A stretch of DNA of 64,000 nt, taken from positions 832,001-896,000 of the forward strand of contig CAWBOS010000012.1 in the NCBI GenBank assembly GCA_963790475.1, read 5' to 3'. Numbering within the stretch: the stretch's first letter is position 1; each line of letters starts with the position of its first letter. This DNA is from an uncultured delta proteobacterium (GTDB taxonomy: Bacteria; Desulfobacterota; RBG-13-43-22). This document shows, in pieces, positions 18,883-28,926 of this stretch. The translations under genes were made by a program, and so were the position numbers. A model generated the notes under the pieces. That model was not told the DNA's origin. It saw only the letters and a list, made by a program, of their open reading frames with translations, and made no database searches.

Positions 18883-19810
18883 AATCCTCTCTTATTGGGC
18901 AACCGCCGTTTTTATTGTGGCCTTTTTGGGATTGGGGGTCGGCTGTAAAATGGCTAAACCCTATAAAGGAGAGGCAAAGATTCTGGTTGCTCCTGCTCCT
19001 TTTTCCCTTTCCATGGTAGAGGCCCGATTTTTATTTTTAACCGATTACTTGACGGAACAAACGGGTTGGAAGATAGAAACTGTCGTCGCCCCCTCCAGCC
19101 TGGATGAGTTTCTTAAAATACTTAGCGCTCAAAAGATAGCCTTTTCCTTTCAAAACCCTTATTTCTATCTCTATCTGGCCGAAAAACACGGGGCAGTCCC
19201 CTTAGTCAAGACCGTCTCTCTGGACGGCTTAACGGAATTCCGGGGGATGATTATCGCCCAAGAAAAAAGTCCCATCAAATCGCCGGGTGATTTGATCGGC
19301 AAAAAAATCCTGGTTTCCGATCGTAACTCTGTGGGTGGATTTTTAGCCCAATATATGCTTCTCAAGGATTTTGGATTGGATCCGGAAAAAGAATTGATTT
19401 TTTCATTCGGAGACACACAGGAAAAAATAATGGAAAAGGTGGCCTTGGGGCAGGCGGAAGTAGGATTTATCCGGGAAGATGTGCTTCAGTCCATGATCCG
19501 GGCCAAGGGGAGCATGACCGGAGTGAAGGTCATCGCCTTAACCCCTTTCCATCCTACCCATTGTCTGGTGAGCTACCCCAAGACGGATCCGGTTCTGAGC
19601 GAAAAGGTAAAAACAGCCCTACTAAATTTAACTCCCGAGAATCCTTCCCATCGATTTATCCTGGAACGTTTGAGGATTTCCAGATTTACCCAGGCTTCCG
19701 CTGAAGAATACCAGACCTTCAAGAAGGTCCTTATGCTCCACGGGCTTTTCGTTCCTGGTCCGCTCTCTAAGTTGAAAGAGCAGGAGACAAAAGGTGATCC
19801 CGGTCTTTAA
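18869..19810 (+). CDS. PhnD/PtxB-like phosphate/phosphite/phosphonate-binding lipoprotein
   Basis: Lipobox-like LGVGC; FRGMII...DLIGK...SVGGFLAQ pattern typical of the phosphonate-binding fold; overlaps the hycG end by 14 nt. Confidence 0.75.
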   Translation: MNKNRILSYWATAVFIVAFLGLGVGCKMAKPYKGEAKILVAPAPFSLSMVEARFLFLTDYLTEQTGWKIETVVAPSSLDEFLKILSAQKIAFSFQNPYFYLYLAEKHGAVPLVKTVSLDGLTEFRGMIIAQEKSPIKSPGDLIGKKILVSDRNSVGGFLAQYMLLKDFGLDPEKELIFSFGDTQEKIMEKVALGQAEVGFIREDVLQSMIRAKGSMTGVKVIALTPFHPTHCLVSYPKTDPVLSEKVKTALLNLTPENPSHRFILERLRISRFTQASAEEYQTFKKVLMLHGLFVPGPLSKLKEQETKGDPGL

Positions 19811-19822
19811 AAAGAGAAAAAA

Positions 19823-20347
19823 ATGCCGGACCATTACCCCCCGGACCTGAAAACCCTGGAGTCCTTTATTCATCCTTCCTATCCGGGTCGTGTCGTCACT
19901 CTGGGAGTAGGGAATCGGCTTCTGGGGGATGATGGAACCGGGCCTGAACTGGTGACCAGACTCAAAGAAAACTGGGAAGGGAGTGAAATACAGGACGATT
20001 TAAGGGGCAACCGATTTTTTATCGATGCAGAAGAAAATCCGGAGGATTGGTTTATCAGGGTCCTCGAACTTCAGCCGGCGGTCATCATAGTAATCGATGC
20101 CGTGGCCATGCAGGCCGAACCAGGGAGTGTGGCCGTGCTTGAGGCCCAGGCCTTGCCGGAAAGTCTCCTCTATTCCACTCATCGTTTGTCCCTCAGAAGT
20201 CTTCTTCAACTCTGGGAGGAAAACGGCTGCCGGGCCCTGGTCCTGGCCATCCAGCCGGAAACCCTGAACATCGGCCAAGGATTGTCTCTACGGGTAAAAG
20301 AGAGTATTAATCAACTTATCCATTTTCTTTCCCCCTGGTCACCTTAA
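19823..20347 (+). CDS. hycI: Hydrogenase maturation endopeptidase (HycI-like)
   Basis: LGVGNRLLGDDGTG, ENPE, IDAV, STH, IQP. Confidence 0.88.
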   Translation: MPDHYPPDLKTLESFIHPSYPGRVVTLGVGNRLLGDDGTGPELVTRLKENWEGSEIQDDLRGNRFFIDAEENPEDWFIRVLELQPAVIIVIDAVAMQAEPGSVAVLEAQALPESLLYSTHRLSLRSLLQLWEENGCRALVLAIQPETLNIGQGLSLRVKESINQLIHFLSPWSP

Positions 20348-20470
20348 TTATCTACTAAACCTTTGGAGTCTCAGCCCAGTCCCATCTGAAACAATTTAAA
20401 GCCCGCCCAACCATTCCTGATTGACTTTCTTTCGTTCGTTGATAATATATGAATCAAGAAATATCATGAA

Positions 20471-20617
20471 CAGGTTGCTGAAACCGGGAACCCACCCCGA
20501 AGAGGGGGGAGTGAGCCGCGACGTGGGGCGAACAATAAGGCTCATCTATCCCGCGGCGGGATTGCCCTAAACCTTTTTGAGCAACCCGTGAAATAGAGTT
20601 TTACCACATTCTGTTAA
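20471..20617 (-). mobile_element. MITE-like element, copy 4 (inverted; same ends, different interior)
   Basis: Reverse complement reads TTAACAGAATGTGG...CGGGTTGCTCAAAAAGG...TCAGCAACCTG. Confidence 0.65.
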
Positions 20618-20644
20618 GGTGTGTTAGGGAAAAGGGATCATACC

Positions 20645-21070
20645 ATGGACGAGGAAACGAAAAAAAATCCATCGGACCGCGTTCAAAACCGCCGGGTCCA
20701 CATGGCCAACGAACGGACCTTTCTGGCCTGGATCAGGACCAGCATCGGCATCATGGCCTTTGGGTTTGTGGTGGAAAAGTTCGCCCTCTTTGTCAGGCAG
20801 ATGAGCCAGTATCTATCCCTTACCGCCGGGAGAGAATCGGTTCCCTTTTCTTCTCTTCCGAAGAGCCCGGGGTATTCTTCCATTATTGGGGTGATTCTTA
20901 TCGGTCTCGGGGCCCTGATGGGGTTTTTGGCTTTCATTCGCTATAAAAAAGTTGAAAGGCAGATTGATGAGGATACCTTTCGCCCTTCTCTGATCCTGGA
21001 TATACTGCTGACGATTTCCATCGTTTCCGTAGGATTTTTCCTGATTATTTATTTGAGTCATATTTTTTGA
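20645..21070 (+). CDS. YidH/DUF202 membrane protein
   Basis: HMANERTFLAWIRTS signature. Confidence 0.92.
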   Translation: MDEETKKNPSDRVQNRRVHMANERTFLAWIRTSIGIMAFGFVVEKFALFVRQMSQYLSLTAGRESVPFSSLPKSPGYSSIIGVILIGLGALMGFLAFIRYKKVERQIDEDTFRPSLILDILLTISIVSVGFFLIIYLSHIF

Positions 21071-21130
21071 TGACCAGATCTCCATATCATTGGACCTTGG
21101 ACTCATTGAAGAAGATGGGGGAAACCGATT

Positions 21131-21412
21131 ATGTTGGAATCCAAGAAAAAGATGGCCCAAAGTTTTTCCGATTTGAAGGTGGCCATGGAAAAGGGGAAAG
21201 GAAATCCCAAAGATTTTTTTTCCGTTTTTGAGCAAGGCTGCCGGGAATTTGCTCAGGAAACCCAGAAAGTCTCCCAGGAGGATCCGGGAACTTTCCTTGA
21301 TCTGGTCAGGCGGATGGCGCAGAAAATTGAAGGTGGAGACACCCCGGCTGTATTTGAATTGATGGACAAAATGAAAGGGCTGAAAAAATCCTGCCATGAA
21401 AAATATAAATAG
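21131..21412 (+). CDS. Small XXXCH-motif protein
   Basis: Helical 93-aa protein ending LKKSCHEKYK. Confidence 0.6.
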   Translation: MLESKKKMAQSFSDLKVAMEKGKGNPKDFFSVFEQGCREFAQETQKVSQEDPGTFLDLVRRMAQKIEGGDTPAVFELMDKMKGLKKSCHEKYK

Positions 21413-22097
21413 AAAAGTCGGGGCTCTATTTTTTTTCTTGATGGTGTTTGTGTTATGGGCCAAAGTTCCGGACCTTTTGGCCATGGGGGCCAACAACGGA
21501 GGGTCCCCCCCCCAAAGCCAATCGCTAAAGCCCTCTGCTCCCGGTTTGGAAAACATTCAGGTCGTCGTGCCGGCCGGGACACTGATGAAGGTCCAATTGA
21601 ATCAATCCATACGCACTTCGACCCATCGGAGCGGGCAGTCTTTTTTCGTCACTCTAAAGGAGCCGGTTGTGATTGGGGGAAAAGAAATGGTTCAGGCCGG
21701 GGTTCCCTTCTTCGGTGTTATTTCCCAATCCCGGGAATCCGGACATCTTAGCGGCAGTGCCTTGATTGAACTCCAATTGACGCGGATTATTATGCCCGAC
21801 GGAACAATTTTGCCCATAAGTACCGAAACCTTCAAAAAAGTAGGCCAGGCCCATTTTCTGCGGAACATCGGTTTGATCGGGATAGGGACCATCCTGGGGG
21901 CCGGTTTGGGGAATCTTTTGGGACAGATTCCCGGGGCCCTGATAGGGATCGGTACCGGGGGAGGGACCGGGGCTGTTCTGGCCTATGTGACCGGGAAAGA
22001 GGATTTATTTATTAAGGCCGGAACCGAACTGGGATTCAAAATAGCTCGCCCCTTTACAATCTCAATTCAGCCCACTTTCGCTATTCCATCGAAGTAA
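21396..22097 (+). CDS. Exported protein with a TrbI/VirB10-like beta region and glycine zipper
   Basis: Signal/TM segment, VPAGT...GQSF, GAGLG..GALIG..GGGTG. Confidence 0.6.
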   Translation: MKNINRKVGALFFFLMVFVLWAKVPDLLAMGANNGGSPPQSQSLKPSAPGLENIQVVVPAGTLMKVQLNQSIRTSTHRSGQSFFVTLKEPVVIGGKEMVQAGVPFFGVISQSRESGHLSGSALIELQLTRIIMPDGTILPISTETFKKVGQAHFLRNIGLIGIGTILGAGLGNLLGQIPGALIGIGTGGGTGAVLAYVTGKEDLFIKAGTELGFKIARPFTISIQPTFAIPSK

Positions 22098-22197
22098 TTC
22101 GGTAAAATTGATGGACTCGTAAAAAGTCCATCAACAGGCCGAGGCCAATTAAGGACTTGACATAAAGCCTTCATCAATTTATTTTGACACCAGGGGG

Positions 22198-22665
22198 ATG
22201 GAGGAAAACAGTCTGAATGAATTCATGACCATGGCCCTAAGGGAGGCCGAAAAGGCCGGCCTTGAAGACGAGGTTCCCGTGGGAGCGGTTTTGATCTGCT
22301 CTGGCGGGGAGGTCCTGGCTGCTGATCATAACCGGACCAGACAGTTGAACGATCCAACGGCCCATGCCGAAATTTTAGTTTTAAGAAGAGCCGCCCATGT
22401 TCTAAATAATTTTCGGCTGCCGGAAACGACATTGTTCGTTACCATCGAACCCTGCTTGATGTGTGCCGGAGCAATGGTCCAGGCCCGTGTGGATCGGGTT
22501 GTTTTTGGAACGGCTGATCCCAAGGCCGGTGCTTTAGGGTCCCTTTGTGATGTTTCCAAGGATAAGCGATTGAATCATCGCTTTGAGGTGGTTTCAGGGG
22601 TCCTGGAAACGGAATGCCGGGACCTGATTCAAAAATTTTTTAATAACAAGCGCGGCAAGTTATAA
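22198..22665 (+). CDS. tadA: tRNA adenosine(34) deaminase
   Basis: EVPVGA, DPTAHAE, EPCLMCAGA, DPKAGA, LNH. Confidence 0.95.
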   Translation: MEENSLNEFMTMALREAEKAGLEDEVPVGAVLICSGGEVLAADHNRTRQLNDPTAHAEILVLRRAAHVLNNFRLPETTLFVTIEPCLMCAGAMVQARVDRVVFGTADPKAGALGSLCDVSKDKRLNHRFEVVSGVLETECRDLIQKFFNNKRGKL

Positions 22666-22737
22666 ATATACTTAAAATCCTCTGTGAGATGGGAAAAAAG
22701 TTTTCGCTGAACGCCGAACGTTATTTCTAAAATTTAC

Positions 22738-22831
<94 letters not shown>

Positions 22832-22989
22832 ATAACTTATTGATTTTATTAAGTCCGACTCCCTAAAAATAGTTTAGATAATGTTTAGATAAAGGTTAAA
22901 CAAAAGACTTTATCCGACGTCATAAATCATCCTCCATCCCTCCAAATAAAATGACTAATACCGATCAGGGCAACAAGAAAAAGAACACA

Positions 22990-23037
22990 TGACTCTTAAT
23001 CAGTAGGTCGACGGTTCGATCCCGCCACGGCCCACCA
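22990..23037 (+). other. tRNA-Lys(CTT) 3'-half remnant (att-like site)
   Basis: TGA-CTCTTAA-TCAGTAGGTC...GGTTCGATCCC...CCCACCA; no 5' acceptor or D arm upstream. Confidence 0.75.
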
Positions 23038-23283
23038 CATTTCAATAAGTTACAAAGATTATATTTTTAGTTTGGTGGAAATGGTGGCTATTTGGTGGCA
23101 ATAAATTAAATCCATCGATAGTCATCATTTTAACCAAATAATCCAGTCATTTTTATTTCTTTTTCCTCTTTCTGTACTTCCACCATTTTTTATGATAGAG
23201 AAAATATCTATTAAGGTTGGGGCCAAGTTAATCTTCTATCTCCGGCAAATAAATTTTGAATAGGCTAAAAAGATGCATACACA

Positions 23284-23328
23284 TTCCTAATCTGTAGGCC
23301 GTGAGTTCAAGTCCCGCCGGGGGCACCA
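23284..23328 (+). other. tRNA-Arg(CCT)-like 3'-half remnant (att-like site)
   Basis: TTCCTAA...GTTCAAGTC...GGGCACCA; no 5' half. Confidence 0.62.
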
Positions 23329-23775
23329 TAAAAATCAACAAACTACAAAGTAATCTAATAAATTAATAAAATTTGAGTGGCAATGGGTGGCGAAAATTAT
23401 GGTTTTGCAACCCTGAATAAACGATTTAGGCCGCATAGCCCCCAGCCATTCGTACACTTTGGGCGCGCACCGGTAACCGCAAAAGCAAAATACACAGATC
23501 CCCCCCACCAAACCTTTTCCGGCCTGACCAGCCGGTTAAATCCCAATTATAGGTTCGAACCTTATTAGTTTAACCAAGTAACTAATTGAAAATACAATAA
23601 TTTAATTTATTAATAACTTTCCCAACATTGCTAAGTGACAAGTCCAACCAGCTCCTAAAGAATCAAATCATTTTTCTCCTTTTTATCCGCTATGGAATTC
23701 AATAGGCAGGCGGTTTAATCCTCTTGCGCCTCCATCATTTTCTATGATAAATAGTTAATTATTTATTAAAGTAGG

Positions 23776-23824
23776 ACAGTAGGTTCGATCATACCCACTC
23801 GGCCAATAACTTATTGATTTTATT
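23776..23824 (+). repeat. Degenerate duplicate of the tRNA-Ser 3' end plus flank (att direct repeat)
   Basis: 23-bp exact repeat GCCAATAACTTATTGATTTTATT at 22828-22850 and 23802-23824, preceded by a degenerate GGTTCGA T-arm. Confidence 0.8.
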
Positions 23825-23925
23825 TAAGCTGAACAGGTCAAATCGGGTAATAGTTTGGATAGGTTAATCATTTTCAGTGCAAATCTCATAAACGTATTGT
23901 TTTTATATGACATATTGAGGGGAAA

Positions 23926-24963
23926 ATGCGGACGGCATCAGTAATAGATTTATTTTGTGGCGTTGGTGGAATGACGTACGGATTCGTACAAGAAGGCTTC
24001 AACGTCATAGCCGGGATTGATATTGATCCGACTTGCGCATACGCCTACGAAAAAAACAATGGCGCAAAATTCATCCTCAAGGATATTGAAAACCTGACCG
24101 GTGATGACATTGTCGAACTATTTCCTGAAAATGATATTAAAATCCTTATCGGTTGTGCACCATGCCAACCCTTTTCCAAATATACCAATAAAAAAACTGA
24201 AGGCAACGAATGGAAATTGGTACGGAGTTTTGGAGAATTGATTAAGTGCGTGAAACCCGATATCGTCTCAATGGAAAACGTTCCTCAATTGGAGAATCAC
24301 AGGGTCTTTAATGAATTTTTGAATGTTCTTGAGGAGATGGACTTCTATTTCTCCTGGAGTACTGTCGACTGTGTCAGATATGGTGTCCCGCAAACTCGCA
24401 AAAGGTTGGTACTTTTCGCTTCCAAATTCGGAAAGATTAAAATAATCAACAAAACCCACTCTCTCCAAAGACAAAAGACAGTTGCTCATGTAATCCGAAA
24501 ATTGAAACCTGTCGTTGCGGGGGAGGTGAATTCTGCAGATCCTCTCCATAGAGCAAGCAGGTTGACTGATTTGAATTTGAGGAGGATCATGAACACACCC
24601 TCTGGTGGAGGATGGAAGGACTGGCCGGATGAATTGGTCCTGCAATGTCATAAAAAAGAAACCGGGAGACACTATTCGGGTGTCTATGGGAGAATGTCAT
24701 GGGAGCAGCCAGCTCCAACTATGACTACTCAATGCTATGGGTTGGGAAACGGGAGGTTCGGTCATCCAGAACAGAACAGGGCCATATCACTGAGAGAAGC
24801 GGCTTTGTTTCAAACTTTTCCAAAAAAATATGAATTCTTTCCACCAGGAGCCGAAGTCCATTTTAAAATTATTGGGAAACAGATAGGTAATGCGGTCCCG
24901 GTTCGCTTGGGCAGGATTGTCGCGAGGAGCATAAAGAAACATTTAGAGGTGTGTCATGTCTAA
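23926..24963 (+). CDS. dcm: DNA (cytosine-5) methyltransferase, M.HgiDII-like
   Basis: DLFCGVGG, PCQPFS, ENV, QTRKR, GNAVP. Confidence 0.95.
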   Translation: MRTASVIDLFCGVGGMTYGFVQEGFNVIAGIDIDPTCAYAYEKNNGAKFILKDIENLTGDDIVELFPENDIKILIGCAPCQPFSKYTNKKTEGNEWKLVRSFGELIKCVKPDIVSMENVPQLENHRVFNEFLNVLEEMDFYFSWSTVDCVRYGVPQTRKRLVLFASKFGKIKIINKTHSLQRQKTVAHVIRKLKPVVAGEVNSADPLHRASRLTDLNLRRIMNTPSGGGWKDWPDELVLQCHKKETGRHYSGVYGRMSWEQPAPTMTTQCYGLGNGRFGHPEQNRAISLREAALFQTFPKKYEFFPPGAEVHFKIIGKQIGNAVPVRLGRIVARSIKKHLEVCHV

Positions 24964-26909
24964 CAATCCCGAATATTTGTTGACAATAGATCTAAATACA
25001 TTGAATCATTTGGGTATTGGGCTTTATAGCAATATACCCGCTGTGCTCTCGGAAGTAGTCGCAAATTCATGGGATGCCGATGCTTCTAAGGTCGAAATCA
25101 ATATCGATAAAAGAAAAAAAATTATAACGATATCAGATGATGGCTGGGGCATGGCCAAAGAAGACATAAACAAAAAATATTTGAAAGTTGGATATGCCAA
25201 AAGAGAAAATGAACCGCCAATAACTCCGAAAGGAAGGCATGTTTTTGGACGTAAAGGGATAGGGAAATTATCCCTTTTTTCAATAGCGGATACTATTGAG
25301 GTCCATAGCATAAAAACAGATAAAAAGAAAACAATTGAAAAAAATGGGTTCATTATGAATGCCCAGAAAATAGCAGAGGAGATAAAAAGGGTCGATGGTG
25401 TATATGCCCCCATACCCGTAGAGAAGAAAAAAATCACTATTGAAAAAGGAACTAAAATCGTTCTCAGTGACCTCAAAAAAAGTTTGGGACTGGTGGAAAG
25501 TTTTTTAAGAAGGCGTATAGCGAGACGATTCGCTATAATCGGAGAAGAACATGATTTTTCTGTAATCATTAACAATAACCCGATAACGGTCGAAGATAGA
25601 GATTATTTTAAAAATTTAGAATATTTGTGGTGTATCGGAGAGGGGAGCGAAAAATATCTTAATTCCTGCCCGAAATGCAAAAAACATACAAAATTGGATG
25701 GCATAATAGACCCAACAAAAGATTTTAAAATTACAGGTTGGGTGGGAACTTTCGACGAACAAAAGAGCATTGAAGAAGGAAACAATACTATCGCAGTCAT
25801 GGCTTGGGGAAAACTCATCCATGAGGATATTCTAAAGGACTTGAAAGAAGGCGGGATTTTCACGAAATACATAATAGGTGAAATACGAGCCGATTTTCTT
25901 GATTTTGATGAAGAGGAGGATATATCTACAAGCAATCGCCAAAGTGTCAAAGAAGATGATCCGAGATTTCAAGTTTTAAAAAAGTACGTCCAAGAAAACA
26001 TCCTAAAAGAAATTCAAAACAAATGGCGAGATTGGAGAAACGAAGATGCCGAAAGAAAGGCTCTGGAGAATCCAAAAATTAAAGAATGGTTCGAACAGTT
26101 AACCAGGGACAACAAAAAGTATGCTCGATTACTTTTTGGAAAAATCGAAGCATTTCCGATTCAGGACCAAGCCTATAAAAAAGAACTTTATAAACATAGT
26201 ATTCTTGCCTTTGAAACTTTAGCTCTTAAAGACAATTTGAGCGCATTGAAGAAAGTGGACACAGAAGAAAATTTGGAACTGCTTACCTCGATTTTCAATG
26301 ATATGGATGAACTTGAAGCGGTCCACTATTGGCAGATCACAAAAGGAAGGGTCGAAGTTTTGAAAAAATTTCAAGACATCGCGCCTACCGCGCAAGAAAA
26401 AATTATTCAAAAGTATATATATGATCATCTATGGCTCTTAGAATCCTTCTTGGGAAAGGGCCAGTACAGATGAAAAGATGGAAGAATCTGTCAACAAGGA
26501 ATGGAAAAAAATCGGTGCGAAACTATCCGAAGAAGAAAAAAAAGGCAGAATTGATATAAGGTATAAAACAGCAGCCGGTAAGCATATAATAATTGAACTT
26601 AAGAAGTATGATAGGGCCGTAACCGCGACCGAACTCGTGGACCAGATAGTGAAATACAAGGATGCTTTAGAAAAATGTTTGGAAAAGGCGTACCCTGGGG
26701 ATCGACAAATTATAGAGGTTATTTGTATCCTGGGACAACCTCCGAAACCCCCTGGAAAAGAAAAAATGAACACTGAAATATTGATGGCAGCCGATGCGAG
26801 ATATATCACATATGACCTGCTTATACGGCAAACGCGAGAGAGTTACCAGGACTATCTTAATAAAGAAAAAGAAATTTCTCGAATTCAAAGCTTGATCGAA
26901 AGCCTCTGA
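24956..26909 (+). pseudogene. GHKL/MORC-ATPase-containing restriction endonuclease (HgiDII/BbrUII-like), frameshifted near 26442
   Basis: EVVANSWDADA, DDGWGM, GRKGIGKLS. Removing one A at 26442 joins both ORFs as HLWLLDPSWERASTDEKMEE...GRIDIRY...IIELKK (PD-(D/E)xK). Confidence 0.8.
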
Positions 26910-26962
26910 ATATTCTACGCCTTGATTTCTGGCTTCCTATCTCAAGTTTTGTTTTATAAAAT

Positions 26963-27385
26963 ATGGTCGATCATCTTACTCCAGAACAACGTTCCCGCGC
27001 CATGTCGAATGTTAAAACAAAAGATGGTCGTCTGGAACGAATAGTCCGATCAGCACTTCATAAACGTGGCTTCAGATTTAGAAAACATATAAAAAATCTT
27101 CCGGGCACCCCTGATATTGTATTTCCTAAAGCGAAAATAGCCGTATTCATTGATGGGGATTTTTGGCATGGATTCCGTTTTCCCGAGTGGGAATACAAGC
27201 TTACGGAATTTTGGAGAAATAAAATCATAACAAACAGAAAACGAGATCAAAAAAATTTTAGAAAATTAAGAAGAATGGGATGGCGAGTGTTAAGGATTTG
27301 GCAACACGAAATTGAAAAAAATACGGAATCTTGTGTCATGAAGATTATATCAGAAATCATTAATGTCAGAACAAGTTCCGTTTAA
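26963..27385 (+). CDS. vsr: Very short patch repair endonuclease
   Basis: DHLTPEQRS..MS, LPGTPDIVF, FIDGDFWHG, GWRVLRIWQHE. Confidence 0.95.
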   Translation: MVDHLTPEQRSRAMSNVKTKDGRLERIVRSALHKRGFRFRKHIKNLPGTPDIVFPKAKIAVFIDGDFWHGFRFPEWEYKLTEFWRNKIITNRKRDQKNFRKLRRMGWRVLRIWQHEIEKNTESCVMKIISEIINVRTSSV

Positions 27386-27471
27386 GAATATTCGGCGGGA
27401 ACGGTCCCAATTGTTATCCCGCAAGAGACGGAGCAAAAAACGAAAATGACTGCGTAGAGAATAGGCACTTT

Positions 27472-28926
27472 ATGTTCGAACAAACCTTCAAAAACATCGA
27501 TGACGTCCTCTGGAAAGAGGCGGGATGCACCACCGAATTGGACTACACCGAGCAGACTTCCTGGCTGCTGTTTCTGAAATACATAGACGATCTGGAACAG
27601 GACAGGGCCATGGAGGCCGAATTGGAGGGGAAGAAATACTCTTATATTCTCGACAAGCCTTACAGGTGGCAAAGTTGGGCCGCGCCTAAGGGAAAAGATG
27701 GCAAGCTCGACCACAACAAGGCCCTTATCGGCGACGACCTCCTCGACTTCGTTAACCAGAAACTTTTCCGCTACCTGCAAGGCTTCAAGCAGAAGGCCAG
27801 CGGGCCGAACACCATCGAATATAAGATCGGCGAAATCTTCGGCGAGATCAAAAACAAGATCAGCAGTGGCTACAACCTGCGTGAGATCATTGATTACATT
27901 GATGAGCTGCATTTCCGCTCGCAGACCGAGAAATTCGAACTCTCGCACCTCTACGAAGCCAAGATCAAGAACATGGGTAACGCCGGGCGCAACGGCGGGG
28001 AATATTATACCCCGCGCCCGCTCATCCGCGCAATCGTGCAGGTTGTGAAACCGAGGATCGGCGAGAAGATTTATGATGGGGCCTGCGGCTCGGCGGGGTT
28101 CTTGTGCGAGTCGTTCGATTACCTCCGGTCAGGAAAGAAAATCACGACAAAGGATCTCGACACCCTCCAAAACCGAACTTTTTACGGTAAAGAAAAGAAG
28201 TCTCTCGCCTATGTCATCGCGATCATGAACATGATCCTGCACGGTATCGAGGCGCCGAACATCATTCACACCAATACCCTCTCCGAGAACCTCGCCGATA
28301 TTCAGGACAAGGACCGCTTCGACGTGGTGCTGGCCAATCCTCCCTTCGGCGGCAAGGAACGCAAGGAAGTTCAACAGAACTTCCCTATCCGTACCGGCGA
28401 GACCGCCTTTCTCTTCCTCCAGCACTTTATCAAGATCCTAAAGGCCGGTGGGCGCGGCGGCGTGGTTATCAAGAATACCTTCCTTTCCAATACCGACAAT
28501 GCCTCCGTCAGCCTTCGCAAGCTACTTCTGGAAAGCTGCAACCTCCACACCGTGCTCGACTGCCCCGGCGGTACTTTCCTGGGCGCGGGCGTGAAGACCG
28601 TGGTGCTCTTCTTCGAAAAAGGCTCGCCTACCCGCAAAATCTGGTTTTACCAGCTCGATCCGGGTCGCAATCTGGGCAAGACCAACCCTCTTAACGACGA
28701 CGACCTCGCCGAGTTCGTAAGTCTGCAAAAGATTTTCGTGGACTCTCCCAAGAGTTGGAGCGTTGAAGCCAAGACTATTGACCCTTTGACTTTTGATCTC
28801 TCAGTAAAGAACCCCAACGGCGGTGAAGAAGTGATACACCGCAGCCCTCTGACGATCATGGACGAGATTGCAATGCTGGATGCAGAGAGTGCGGTGGTAC
28901 TCGCAAATATAAGGGAGCTTCTGTGA
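27472..28926 (+). CDS. hsdM: Type I RM methyltransferase subunit
   Basis: GEYYTPRP, YDGACGSAGFL, NPPF. Confidence 0.95.
   Translation: MFEQTFKNIDDVLWKEAGCTTELDYTEQTSWLLFLKYIDDLEQDRAMEAELEGKKYSYILDKPYRWQSWAAPKGKDGKLDHNKALIGDDLLDFVNQKLFRYLQGFKQKASGPNTIEYKIGEIFGEIKNKISSGYNLREIIDYIDELHFRSQTEKFELSHLYEAKIKNMGNAGRNGGEYYTPRPLIRAIVQVVKPRIGEKIYDGACGSAGFLCESFDYLRSGKKITTKDLDTLQNRTFYGKEKKSLAYVIAIMNMILHGIEAPNIIHTNTLSENLADIQDKDRFDVVLANPPFGGKERKEVQQNFPIRTGETAFLFLQHFIKILKAGGRGGVVIKNTFLSNTDNASVSLRKLLLESCNLHTVLDCPGGTFLGAGVKTVVLFFEKGSPTRKIWFYQLDPGRNLGKTNPLNDDDLAEFVSLQKIFVDSPKSWSVEAKTIDPLTFDLSVKNPNGGEEVIHRSPLTIMDEIAMLDAESAVVLANIRELL

Noticed and set aside
22990-23328. Additional functional tRNA-Lys and tRNA-Arg genes
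   Set aside because: Only anticodon-to-CCA halves are present; the upstream sequence cannot form acceptor or D stems.
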